A stretch of DNA of 63,990 bases, filler included, from Octopus bimaculoides (lineage: Eukaryota), in the NCBI RefSeq assembly GCF_001194135.2. It is 4 parts of 4 records of this genome, joined end to end, with 100 filler letters (N's around TTAATTAATTAA, not from the genome) between each part and the next. Parts side by side here need not be neighbours in the genome. Positions count along the whole stretch, not along the records: positions 1 to 27,482 come from NC_068981.1; 3 more parts are not named here. One strand, written 5' to 3'. This document shows positions 1-12,125 of the stretch, piece after piece. Below the pieces are notes generated by a model. The model did no database searches, was not told the origin of the DNA, and worked only from the letters and a program-made list of their open reading frames with translations. Position numbers and translations under genes: made by a program. The stretch's first letter is position 1, and the number at the start of each line of letters is the position of its first letter.

Positions 1-103
1 ATATATAGCTGAAATTTACAAGAAAACAAAAGACGAAGGCAAGTGTATGAATAACAAGCAGGTGTATTAGTTTGACGCTCGGGAAAGAGGGTAAGGTTTT
101 TGA

Positions 104-200
104 GCTTCGAGCTTACGCTCTTCTGCAGCAAGGGATAAGAGAAAATAAACAGAGAGGATTTTAAAAATGTGGATTTAGCGATCAAGCATGGTGACTGGTT
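104..200 (-). mobile_element. Penelope-like terminal-repeat remnant with degenerate hammerhead-like motif
   Basis: Minus strand reads CTGCAGAAGAG-CGTAAG-CTCGAAGC, resembling CTGANGA-stem II-GAAAC. A related copy with similar flank occurs at ~24050-24128. It lies downstream of the GIY-YIG remnant. Confidence 0.5.
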
Positions 201-579
201 GGGAAAAACAATGGTTTGACAGGAAAGATAGAAAGAAGGGGAGATAATAAAGTATTAGTGAAACGAAAACGAAGGTGCGCGTACCTATGAGTATGTGAGA
301 ATGTGTAAGTGTGTGCGTCTGTAATGTGTCGGCGTGTGGATAATGGTGTATGAGCGTAAGGATTTCGGAGTGTGTATGTGCAGATGATGGAGTGTGGTGA
401 AGCTACCCGGGAAGTGGTGAGTGCTTGTGTGTGTGGAGTGGGGTGATGCGGTCGTGTGTGTGGCGTGTGTGCTGTAAGGTGGGAAGTGGGAATGGTTAGG
501 GATGTGGTTGTGGAGATGGAAATGTGTGGTAGGGTGGGATATGTAAGAGTGGGGTGTTTGGTTGTGGGGTGTGGCTAGA

Positions 580-892
580 GGGGCTATCAATGCGGCAAAG
601 GAACGAAGAAAGAACTTAAATCACGGCGAAGATAGGTGTCCAGAGGGCTCCTGTGCAAAGGCAATCCTAACACACACGTGTGTAGTGAATGACCGGTAGA
701 GCGGAAATGTTGCGAGACCAGGGTGTCATTGCCGATTCCGATATCTGAGAGGTGTTCCACGAACCGGTCAGCCAAACGGCATGTATATATACATTGTTTA
801 CATTATCTACATATGATGGATATTTGTCCTCATCTTGTTTGTTGTTAACACAACGATTCGGCTGACATACCCTCCAGCCTTTATCAGGTGTC
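580..892 (-). mobile_element. Penelope-like retroelement fragment (GIY-YIG endonuclease C-terminal part plus hammerhead-containing repeat)
   Basis: ORF 587-775 reads ADRFVEHLSDIGIGNDTLVSQHFRSTGHS, matching the RFxEH...VxxHF..GHS pattern of Penelope GIY-YIG domains. A minimal hammerhead-like fold lies at 847-892. Confidence 0.75.
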
Positions 893-943
893 TTGTGAAA
901 ATTTCGAACCTGGGTTCTCATTCCTAAGGTATTTTGCGATGTT

Positions 944-944
944 G

Positions 945-1008
<64 letters not shown>

Positions 1009-1027
1009 CATTATTATTATTATTATT
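944..1027. repeat. (TTA)n microsatellite
   Basis: Direct reading; source of the poly-I stretch in ORF 667-1011. Confidence 0.95.
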
Positions 1028-1093
1028 CAGGTATCTTGGGGTTAGCAACCCGCGCTTTTGACCATTATGCCTTTTTGCTACTTTTTCTAAGAG

Positions 1094-1729
1094 GTGGATA
1101 AGTCGGAAATTCGTACAGTTTTGAAATACGAATTTACTCCTGGAAATTCAGCATCAGAGACAGCTCGGAATATTAATGGAGTATTTCATTCTAATGTTAT
1201 TATACAGCAGACTGTATCAAATTGGTTTGCAAGATTTCGTTCTGATAACTTTGACCTCATAAATGAGCAACATTGTCGAACAGAAACAAAGGTGGATAAT
1301 GACGAACTGAAAGTCACCGTCGAGTCAGATCAATCTTAAAGTGACCCTGAATCATCGTTGTTGCTTGGTGTTAGCAAGCAAATCATATTGACTCGCCGAC
1401 TTCAAATCAGTAAAGTGAAAAATTTGGATAAGTGGGTTCCACATGAAGCCTGCATTATGCTACTTTCCCGTCTCAAAAACGAATTATTTTTTAATCGAAT
1501 TGTAACATGTGATGAGAAATAGATCCATTACAACAACCGTAATCGTGCAGCACGATGGTTGGACAACGACGAGTCAACAAAACAGTCTAAAAGGCAAACT
1601 TCATAAAAAGAAGCTGATGGTGTATGTTCGGTGGTCTGGCGCCGGTATGATCCATTATGATTTCATTCAACCTGGCTATAAAACTTTAGCAAACTTTTTG
1701 CTTTTCTACAAATTTCAAACTTGACGACC
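1094..1729 (+). mobile_element. Decayed mariner transposase
   Basis: MDKSEIRTVLKYEF...TVSNWFARFRS (HTH), WVPHE, RIVTCDEK and KKLMVYVRWS...IHYDF motifs, broken by stops and frameshifts; runs into an N gap. Confidence 0.9.
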
Positions 1730-1785
1730 TNNNNNNNNNNNNNNNNNNNNNNNNNNNNNNNNNNNNNNNNNNNNNNNNNNNNNNN

Positions 1786-1816
<31 letters not shown>

Positions 1817-1824
1817 TACATATA

Positions 1825-1972
1825 CGACGAGCTTCTTTCAGGTTCCGCCTACAAAATCCACCCACGAGGCTTTGGTTTCCCCGAAGCTATAGTAGAAGGT
1901 GCTGCGCAGTGGGACTGAGTCTGTGATCATGCGGCTGGGAAGCAAGCTTTTTAAGACACAGTCACGCCTGCT
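1825..1972 (-). mobile_element. SINE family A, 5' half
   Basis: Reverse complement of the recurring head (ggctgtgt..aagcttgcttccca..cagtcccactgcg..ctactatagc..gtggatt..gaaactgaaagaagc). Confidence 0.75.
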
Positions 1973-2914
1973 TTTAGTTTAAGAAAAATATAATCAAATA
2001 GCATTACTCAAAATACGATTTTAGTTTAAAATCTGTATCCACTAAAATAAACGGTAGATCTATAAATTGACGAATTTTTTTAATTATCGCCGCATGGTTT
2101 TCTTTTTACAGAGTTTACTAGTTACTGTTGTTGATGTTACTAGTCCTAAATTGTACCCTATACCGTAGAACTATGTAAAGGACGCTTCAGAATTGGTAAT
2201 ACTTCTTTTAATTTCCTTAGGTAATCCGCTATTGTACTGCTCAACGTTCCTTTTTTTTTTCTTTTGGTTAAGATGGAAAGATGCAGAAATGTTTATTCCT
2301 ATCAGGTTAAGTGATCACGTAATGTTACTCTCATTTGCCTGTTGTGCATTTGTTTGGTATTGGTTTATTTTTCATATGAGAACATGGAACATTTTCTGCT
2401 TTACTCATAAACAGTATTTTTGTCTATTATAATAATCATGATTGCGTAGCGTATCGAATGTTGAAAAAAATCGATAACTTCTATACTAATGAAGTTTCTG
2501 CTGAGGTAATCCACTTAACATTGTGAAAAGTCTTGTCAACATTTCACAAACGCACTCACTAACTGCTAGCTTAAAACGTTTTTGTCTTACCAGAAATGAT
2601 GGAAATGAAAGAGTATTTTCATTATATATTGTATATATTACTACATGCATTAGTACATAAATCACAGCAAGCTGGTACAATCGCTGAAGTGTCGACAAAA
2701 TGCCTAGCGTTATTTAGTCCGGCTCTTTAATCTCTGAGTTTAAATCATGATTCAGATATCATTATTTATTTTATCCAGTGTTGGTAATATAGATATACAA
2801 ATTCTGGTGTTGGTGTATCAATATATTAGGTTTTGTAAAGGCGGCTGTGAGTAGACATAATCATTAGCACACCGAGCATAATTTCCTAGTAGCATTATGT
2901 CCGTAGTTACTTTC

Positions 2915-3050
2915 TGAGATTTAATCCCACCAAGGCTGACTTGGCCTTTCATTCTTTAAAATAAGTACCAATTGAGTACATGGATCAATGTGATCGACTG
3001 ACACCATCCCACGAAATTGGTGGCTTTGTGTCAAAATTTGAAAGCAATGC
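2915..3050 (+). mobile_element. SINE family B partial copy
   Basis: Contains gcctttcattc..aaaataagtacca.ttgagtac..gatcaatgtgatcgact, shared with other family B copies. Confidence 0.65.
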
Positions 3051-4110
3051 ATTATACTTTGTGCTGAAATTAGAAACCGTTCTAATATATAATGAGATAA
3101 GGGTCATTTGTTCTTGAATCTTTTTTTTTCTCCTTGCTAAACGTAATCTATTATTTCCTAACAGTATCCAAAGTGCTTGAAGAGATTGACGATGGTGAGT
3201 TGGGTTTTTGTCAAAATATGGAGGGAAATAATTGTTGGATAATATAAGGTTAGATATTTTAGAATACTAAAAATAACTGCATTTACCATCTAATTCACAA
3301 GGTGAAAGTAAATAAGGAGAATTCCAACTAAAGAAATAACTTAAGAATGCTTAATAAGCAAGTTAGTATGAACATATTTAAAGTTGAAGGCGTCCAATTT
3401 CTAGCTAAAATTAAATTTACATTTAGAAGTGTAAAAAGCATGAATGATGACTATTTGTTCATAACCGATGTTCCGGAGTACGGTTCCGTGGTAAAAGGTT
3501 TTAACAAAATAAGTTGAGCCCCAATCAATAAATAAAAGGGAAAAAGGTCATTTCTGAGATTGCTGAAAAATTAAGCGTCTAAAAATGAAAGCTAATTTGT
3601 CAGTGTGATCCACATTGTTTTGGACGATCATTTCATTTGTAAGATGCCACTTTTACTGCACTAGCTTTAGTAATGCAATACGAGTGCTGAATCGTGGAAG
3701 TGGTCCAGGAAAATGCCATAGATAATCATCCTCAGCCCCTTAGCTTTCATTTTCTATATGGAGGTTAACTGTTTTGCAGCACATGATCGTCTCAGTAGTA
3801 ACATTATCGATTAGTAAATATGAGTTGTCAATGAGAGTTTGGCATCTTTACAGTGTGGATATCAAAGCCACTGGCAAATCCTTATGATTTGGATTCATTT
3901 ATTAACGTCTGTTCAAATAAAAGTTCAGCTAGAATTAGAGGAAAGATGAAGTTATTTAAAGGAGTAAATAGTAATAAAGAACTTGGATAATTTAATTCTA
4001 CAATGAATGATCAAACTGAAACTAAATCTAAAGGAAATATAAAAGACTATCTTTGCAATTATTCTAAAAGAGAATCCTGATATGTGGAAAATAAGTGTAA
4101 CACTAAAAAT

Positions 4111-4178
<68 letters not shown>

Positions 4179-5109
4179 CGTGTGTGTGTGTGTGTGTGTG
4201 TGTGCGTGTGTGTGTGTGTGTAAAGTTACATCTGAAGGTAATAATTCTTTTACGTGGGTGGGACATCATTAATTTTTCCAGAAGAGACTGTCAAATAGTT
4301 TCTGTTCATTTAAAGACAAAAATAGAAGGTTCCATACGAGTCTAAGCCATTCAATCTGGTCTTATAAGCAGAGTAACGAAGACTATATTATTAAATGGGA
4401 ATTGATTTGTACTGCAAAATCATACAGACCTGGAACCAATAGATGTGACTCATGTTTAGAAGAATTTAAACGGATTTTCTTATATAATAGTAATGTAATA
4501 AATTCTAGACCGGGGTAAGCATCGAGTTGCTTGCACATGACGAAATTCGCATTTGCCAAGTATAAATGAATAATTGTCATTTAAACAATAGAAGGTTTTG
4601 AAATGATGGACTAAAAATGATTATCCAATAAGAACTTGAAATAGAGATTGCTCGTGTCTAACTTAACGGACAGCTCGACATTATACAATGCAGAGTTGAT
4701 AAAAGTAAATCTGTAAACGGCCATATCGAGTGATATCAAAGAAAGACTCAGAAGAAACTGAACCGTTTTATAGTAGGGTTGGAATTGCAACGGTTACTAA
4801 GCAGTGAAATTGAAACTTGTGTTGGTCTATGTAAGACGGTATATAAATTAAAGAATGAAAGGTAATGCTATTGCTACTTCGTAGTAATCCTTATTCTTAA
4901 TATTGTTAATATTTATACTCTAGGAAACCTATATGGTTAAGGGAATATATTCAGAATTATCCAACAGAGTATTTCTCTAATTTCTTATAAAAACTTTACT
5001 GTATTTATATGTTAATTGTTAATTAACATATTGTGAATACCTAACAGAGAGTAAACTGGTAATCGTTTTGGGGTAATCCCCTACCTTTTACAAATATATA
5101 TATATATTT

Positions 5110-5142
<33 letters not shown>

Positions 5143-5519
5143 NNNNNNNNNNNNNNNNNNNNNNNNNNNNNNNNNNNNNNNNNNNNNNNNNNNNNNNNNN
5201 NNNNNNNNNNNNNNNNNNNNNNNNNNNNNNNNNNNNNNNNNNNNNNNNNNNNNNNNNNNNNNNNNNNNNNNNNNNNNNNNNNNNNNNNNNNNNNNNNNNN
5301 NNNNNNNNNNNNNNNNNNNNNNNNNNNNNNNNNNNNNNNNNNNNNNNNNNNNNNNNNNNNNNNNNNNNNNNNNNNNNNNNNNNNNNNNNNNNNNNNNNNN
5401 NNNNNNNNNNNNNNNNNNNNNNNNNNNNNNNNNNNNNNNNNNNNNNNNNNNNNNNNNNNNNNNTATATATATATATATATATATATATATGTCTGTGTGT
5501 ATATATATATACCTAAATA

Positions 5520-5705
5520 ATATATGAGTATATGCATATATATGTACATGTATATACATACCTTCATCTACATGTAGATATAGATACAAATCTGGGTACA
5601 TGACGTTGCAAAAAACATGAACAAAAAGATAAACAACGTACAAAACCACGCAGGCCACATAGAGAACATATCCTTCATCAGCTGCCACTATTAAAACACT
5701 GGCGT
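5520..5705 (-). mobile_element. Dispersed repeat (probably Penelope-associated), related to 60020-60130 and 63283-63520
   Basis: Shares catctacatgt..gggtaca.gacgtt and ttcatcagctg..att motifs with the other two copies. Confidence 0.5.
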
Positions 5706-6456
5706 TTATATATATATATATGCAAATTTATTCGTATCCACCTATTCTACGTGAATTGTGAATTAATAAAGTAGACCGAATATATTGTTGAATACAATTC
5801 TGAAAGTTATTGATCAACAAGATTTCAGTGTAGAATACTACTTGTGTGTGGATCGGATGTGTGTGTGTGTAATTCATCTTGTTAATTTCCCATTCTTGCA
5901 CTTAATTCCATTTGCTATGGATAAGTGAAAGAAAATGCGACTGGTTTAATTTCATCTTTTTGGCAGTTATTCCTAAATTGAAATGTTTTTCATCGATTCT
6001 CTAGAGCGTTATTATATAAAGGGGTTTCGATGTTAGCCTGATTCTACAAGTATGGAAATAACCTACAACAAAACAACTATAATAACATTCTCAGTAATTC
6101 CTTGTCATAGTATTTAAAAAAAAAAATTTCCTTTAAGATAGCACTCACCGTTAATAATACTATAATCCTTCAGTTTTAAGCAATCGTTTTCAGTACTGAC
6201 GTAATAGACCAATTTGTCTTAGTAAGTCATGTCAAGGTAACTTCTTCGATGCTGCTGCTTCTACTTAAAGGGGTTTGTTCGTATTAAATCCGTTACTGCA
6301 ACTGCTCCTTGTTTGATTATGTTCAGTAGTTTTAAACATAAACATTATGTAATGTAATATGTTTCAATGCTTAGGAACTAGCCATTCATCATCAATATGC
6401 AGCAGAAAAGTAACTCCTACGTTATCATATGTTCCGAACAGTGCAGGTTTCATTCA

Positions 6457-6539
<83 letters not shown>

Positions 6540-7029
6540 CGGTCAATCGGTCGAACTTCCATACTGTATGCGTTATGTTTATCATCTCGATCTGCTGCGG
6601 GATAGCGTCTGGGGAAAGCTACAAATACAAAACGTCGAGTGTTAAAGAACACTAAATGTCGCAGCTGAAACGAGTAACTCGCTTCGAAATCACCGAGAAT
6701 GGTTAGATATCGATATTTCACCATTATTGTTGCTTATTAATATCATGTACTCGGATCATCTCTGAACGAAATGAATGGATGGTTTGAGGCTTATATGCAA
6801 ACAGAGGGAAATATATTTGCTGATGTGCTACAGTCAAGCACATGCAATAGAAAATTGAATTACAAAATTAAATCCGCTCCATTAAGGTATATGAGACCCA
6901 GACTGAGATTCATTCAGGCTAAACTTGAGAGTTTGCATAGAAGGAAAAGAAAGCACATTATCTCATCCAAAATTGGAAATATTTAAAGGTTTAAATATCA
7001 ACTAGATTGTGGCTGGGAGATAACAGTTT

Positions 7030-7990
7030 ACTCAAAGTAACCGATTCCGGCTTTCATCGTGGCCTCAAGATGGCTGAAGCACGTGGCACATACGTTCTCA
7101 GCCTAGTTCCTGAGAAGATCTCCGAACACCTCTTTCTTCTTGATCACCAACTCGGCTTCTTTTATTTTGCAGGTAGAACGGCTGATGTGCTTCTCATCTG
7201 CACCTCACACGTAATTCATTGGATTACAATCAGAGGAATTTGGAGGCCGGATATTGGGGCAAGTGAAGTCGTTCAATATCTCCGATAATCACTTCTGTTC
7301 CTTTCAGTATATATGTGAAGCGCCGAAATTCTATTGCCATGCATATGACACTCCAGCAGTAAACCTCCCCAGCCAGGGTTACACTACCGTCTCCAGCAGC
7401 TTCACATAGCCGTCTACTTCATATAGCCTAAGATTCTTTTCAAAGATGCAGGACGGTATGATGTCCTCCTCACTGCAGACATCTCCAAAAATTATCGCAG
7501 TTTGAGGGAACTTGGTTTGCATGATACGTGGAATATCACAGGGGTTTAGGCAAGCCATATGTTGTTCAGACTGTTGTGCAAATGGTCCTACCAGAAGCGC
7601 TTTACCTTTGCCAAACACTTCTCCTTGTCCCTATCCGTCCAAAGTGTCTCATGTGCGTGTGGTAACGAAGGTCCTCATTCAGGACCAGCTTCATACTGGC
7701 GCCTCCAACACCCGTCGTTTTCGCAAGAGACCGGATCTTCCATCACCCTGTCCTGCAGTTCTCGGATAAATTGTGGTGTGTCGACTCTGTAAAAGCGCTT
7801 GCTGTGTCCCTTTCTGCTGGTCCCGGATTCATAGTCTCGCTGCAGCTGTCCACGTTTCGTATGACAAGATTAGTAGCGTCCGCAGTGCATTCAGTAACAG
7901 TGATGACGTCGGCATTTTGAGACCCGGCGCGAAGCATCAAGATACAATTATTTTTTCCATTGTTCTGATGGCTTCTCGTCTTCCAAGTCA
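7030..7990 (-). mobile_element. Decayed Tc1/mariner-superfamily transposase, probably maT/DD37D-like
   Basis: Minus-strand translation gives TKFPQTAIIFGDVCSEEDIIP, YVKLLETVV*PW and RPPNSSDCNPMNYV*G (WPPxSPDxNPxDY motif), with many stops. Confidence 0.75.
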
Positions 7991-8184
7991 GCTAACTTTT
8001 CTTCAGCTACAGCGTTCACTGTTCAGAAAAACAAGGCATAACATAATTATTACCCGAAAACACTGTCTTTACACATATATGCATAATTATAAAACCATAA
8101 AATGTGAGAGATAAATGCTGGTTTAAAATTCCCAAGCAAATTCCATACCTCTATGTCGTATTATTATTTCACATCTCAGCCAAA

Positions 8185-8370
8185 GGTGTGGCTGAGTGGT
8201 AAGAAACTTGCTTCCCAAACTCATGTTTCCGGGCTCAGTCCCACTGCGTGGCACCTTGGACAAGTATCTCGTACTACTCGTACTATAGCCTCAGGCTGAC
8301 TAAAGCCTTGTGGGTGGATTTGGTAGACGTAAACTGAAAGAAGCCCGTCATGTATGCGTGTATATATACA

Positions 8371-8419
<49 letters not shown>

Positions 8420-8702
8420 NNNNNNNNNNNNNNNNNNNNNNNNNNNNNNNNNNNNNNNNNNNNNNNNNNNNNNNNNNNNNNNNNNNNNNNNNNNNNNNNN
8501 NNNNNNNNNNNNNNNNNNNNNNNTATATATTTATGTCCCCATAAACTAGCGGTTCGGCAAAAGAGACCGATAGAACACGTACTAAGCTTATAAAGAATAA
8601 GTCCCAAGGTCGATTTCTTCGACTAAAATCCTATAAGGCGACGATCTCGCATGGGCGCAGTCAAATGACTAAAACAAGTCAATGAACAAAAAAGTAAAAG
8701 AA
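8185..8702 (+). mobile_element. SINE family A, full length with expanded internal (TA)n and gap
   Basis: Head gtggctgagtggtaagaaacttgcttccca..cagtcccactgcgtggcaccttgg and tail gcggttcggcaaaagagaccgatagaa..ggtcgatttcttcgactaaaa..gactaaaacaagt. Confidence 0.85.
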
Positions 8703-9479
8703 TGTCCCTTCACTCTGTGGCTATCATTTGCACTTCTTGAAATTGTTTACTACTTGTATATCCTAGAGTTTTGGTGCGTGAACAAGTTAAACTACATCGA
8801 AATATAATTTCTCTGTGTACCATATTCAAGTTTTTGAAGTATCCTTCAATGTGTGTGTATCTGTGTGTCTGAGTGTGTTTCGCTAAATAATACATTCATG
8901 TATAAATATATATGTATGCATATTTGTGTGTGTGAGTGTGTGCGTGAGTGTGTGTGTTTATATGTATTTATGAGTACACAGGCACATTTTGTGGTAAAAC
9001 AGTACTAATGAGGTAAACATAATTTATGTCTCATGATGTTTGCATTATTGGAGCTAGCTTTAACTGAAAAGTTAATTTTGTTTTACTTGTGCAACATCAT
9101 TACATATCAGCAGGTAGGTTTACATATACCCATGCCAATGATTTGAATTCATTTCGAGGCTACCGATGAGCTGAAATTACAAAATATAGATATCTACGGC
9201 TCTCGTTCACCTTCGGTGCGATTCATTTCAGTTGCTTTTAAGTTATACGGTGTTCTTCAAACACTCTATGTCTTAAAGGGTCTTTCGCCGGTTGAAATCC
9301 CGCACGCTGAAATCTTTTTTAACACAAGGCATACGTTAGTTATGTGACATAACTAATGTTAACATTATTTGAGGTGCTTCAATCTCAGAATTTAATAATA
9401 AATTATTTTGATATATGCACATGGCCCTTAATTCTGAACACACGAATACTATTTGACTTCATAATTACACTATATTTGA

Positions 9480-9790
9480 GTGTATTTATTTTATCGACCC
9501 TAGAGATATGAAAGGCAAAATTGAAATTGGCTCGGCGGGACTTGAGCGTAGAAAATATACTACCCAATTCATTTTCGATATTTATAATTATGCTATGGCG
9601 GTGAGCTGGTAGAATCGTTACCACACTGGGCACAATGCCTAACAGTATTTCGGCCGTCCTTAAGTACGGGTTTCAAATGCAGCCTTTCATCCCTTAGTGG
9701 TAGATAAAATAAATACCTTTAGAGCACTGGGATCTATGTAATCAACTTAGACCCTCTCCCTAAGTTACTGGCCTTGTACCAAAATTTAAA
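9480..9790. mobile_element. SINE family B copies (short minus fragment followed by plus copy)
   Basis: tggcggtgagctggtagaatcgtta head and gcctttcatccc..gataaaataaatacc core; minus fragment at ~9485-9555. Confidence 0.65.
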
Positions 9791-10060
9791 ATCAATATTA
9801 ATAATTATTTTATGTGCGCTTGAAAAATAGATGCTTATATAGCTATGTATTTAAGCACACATATATAAGTGTGCGTGTGTATATGTATATGTGCATGTGT
9901 GTGTATTTACACTCATGCGCATATACACACATTGTCCTCATGGTCAAAGAAAATACGCTTGCATCAATTTAAGTCTAGTTAATATTTTCCATTCAATTCT
10001 TGTAAATAATTTCCATGCATGAAATAATTTTTTACTAATTACGCTTCATTATACACACAT

Positions 10061-10136
<76 letters not shown>

Positions 10137-11376
10137 NNNNNNNNNNNNNNNNNNNNNNNNNNNNNNNNNNNNNNNNNNNNNNNNNNNNNNNNNNNNNNNN
10201 NNNNNNNNNNNNNNNNNNNNNNNNNNNNNNNNNNNNNNNNNNNNNNNNNNNNNNNNNNNNNNNNNNNNNNNNNNNNNNNNNNNNNNNNNNNNNNNNNNNN
10301 NNNNNNNNNNNNNNNNNNNNNNNNNNNNNNNNNNNNNNNNNNNNNNNNNNNNNNNNNNNNNNNNNNNNNNNNNNNNNNNNNNNNNNNNNNNNNNNNNNNN
10401 NNNNNNNNNNNNNNNNNNNNNNNNNNNNNNNNNNNNNNNNNNNNNNNNNNNNNNNNNNNNNNNNNNNNNNNNNNNNNNNNNNNNNNNNNNNNNNNNNNNN
10501 NNNNNNNNNNNNNNNNNNNNNNNNNNNNNNNNNNNNNNNNNNNNNNNNNNNNNNNNNNNNNNNNNNNNNNNNNNNNNNNNNNNNNNNNNNNNNNNNNNNN
10601 NNNNNNNNNNNNNNNNNNNNNNNNNNNNNNNNNNNNNNNNNNNNNNNNNNNNNNNNNNNNNNNNNNNNNNNNNNNNNNNNNNNNNNNNNNNNNNNNNNNN
10701 NNNNNNNNNNNNNNNNNNNNNNNNNNNNNNNNNNNNNNNNNNNNNNNNNNNNNNNNNNNNNNNNNNNNNNNNNNNNNNNNNNNNNNNNNNNNNNNNNNNN
10801 NNNNNNNNNNNNNNNNNNNNNNNNNNNNNNNNNNNNNNNNNNNNNNNNNNNNNNNNNNNNNNNNNNNNNNNNNNNNNNNNNTATATATATTTATGTACTT
10901 ATATGTCTGGCACCGTGTAAATATGTAATTATGTATGCATGTGTGTATGTGTGTATGTGTATGTACGTATGTATGTATGTATTATGATGCTATATATATT
11001 GTTAATTTACATATTCGGAACATGGCCATGTTCTTTTGAGTAGAAAATTTCGTTGGGCTATGATAGTTTTCCTCACATTTGCAGTTCTAGAAAAGATTTG
11101 ATTCATACATGCCGTCGTTTCAAAGATCAGCTTTTCTGCATTTTGCTATCGGTATTATAAATTTCACTTTATATTTTTCCTATAAAACTCAAACATTTGT
11201 AAAAAGATTTTACTACCAGTGTATTAACTGTGAAGTGGTAAATTGCAAACGCAACAGAAGAAAGTTTTAAACTCTAAAGTAAGGGAATTGTACATAAACA
11301 TAAGGTGACATTAAATTCGGCGCATAGTCTTCTCTACACTTCGATAGCTTAATACACAGAAAAGCCTCTGCATTGC

Positions 11377-11441
<65 letters not shown>
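11377..11441. repeat. (TAG)n microsatellite
   Basis: Direct reading. Confidence 0.95.
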
Positions 11442-12076
11442 TACCAAACACTTCCTGATATAGATTGTCTTTAGATCCAGCTGTCTCGATTTTCTATCAA
11501 ATAGACTTTTATTTCATTCTCATTCTAAGATATTGAAATTCAGAAACTCTGACTCAAACAGAATGCGACAATTTTCTTGTCTTTATCATAATTTCATAAT
11601 GACCTTGAATTTCTTATTGTATCAGAGTAACGGAAAAAATATATAGGTGTGTGAGAGTTTGTGCGTGGTTGTGTGTGTAAGTGTGTGGGCAAGTGAACAT
11701 TTCTACATTTTATTTTAATCGCAGTAAACTTTAAGCCCAATATCATTTGAAATATCTTTACTATGCACTGTTCTCAAGATCATGTTCGCCACCATGGTTT
11801 TACAGTGTTTTTGTAACTTCAAAGAGAAGTGTGTTAAATAAGGCAATGACTAATAGAGAGATATGCCCGCAATCTGAATTTTCAATATGATCACTCATTC
11901 AATGATTCATCTTCTCATCTGTTTCAGAAGAGACGTTAATCAACAACTTGACTGAGACTCAAAGTTTGCCTAATAAATTATATCCATTTTCTTCATGCAG
12001 GTATATGGCCGTGACATCCCAGAGATCAGAGCTTCCAAATCGGTTATCATGACACAAGGCACGCTCACTTACTGAA

Positions 12077-12125
12077 ATGGAGTTTTGGGCATCCATAACA
12101 TTGACAATATTTTCGCTATGTCTGC
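12077..12125 (+). CDS. Candidate first coding exon encoding a signal-peptide-like sequence (MEFWASITLTIFSLCL)
   Basis: ttttcttcatgcag acceptor before 12001, gaaATGG start context, hydrophobic 16 aa, and a GTAAGT donor at 12126 (phase 1). No homology support. Confidence 0.4.

Noticed and set aside
2273-2305. 33-nt candidate exon (WKDAEMFIPI or MERCRNVYSYQ)
   Set aside because: Weak GTTAAG donor, ambiguous frame and no partner exon; such sites arise by chance in AT-rich DNA.
6560-6850. Possible Tc1 transposase 3' remnant (DSVWGKLQ, QTEGNIF)
   Set aside because: Motif similarity is too weak to call without a search.
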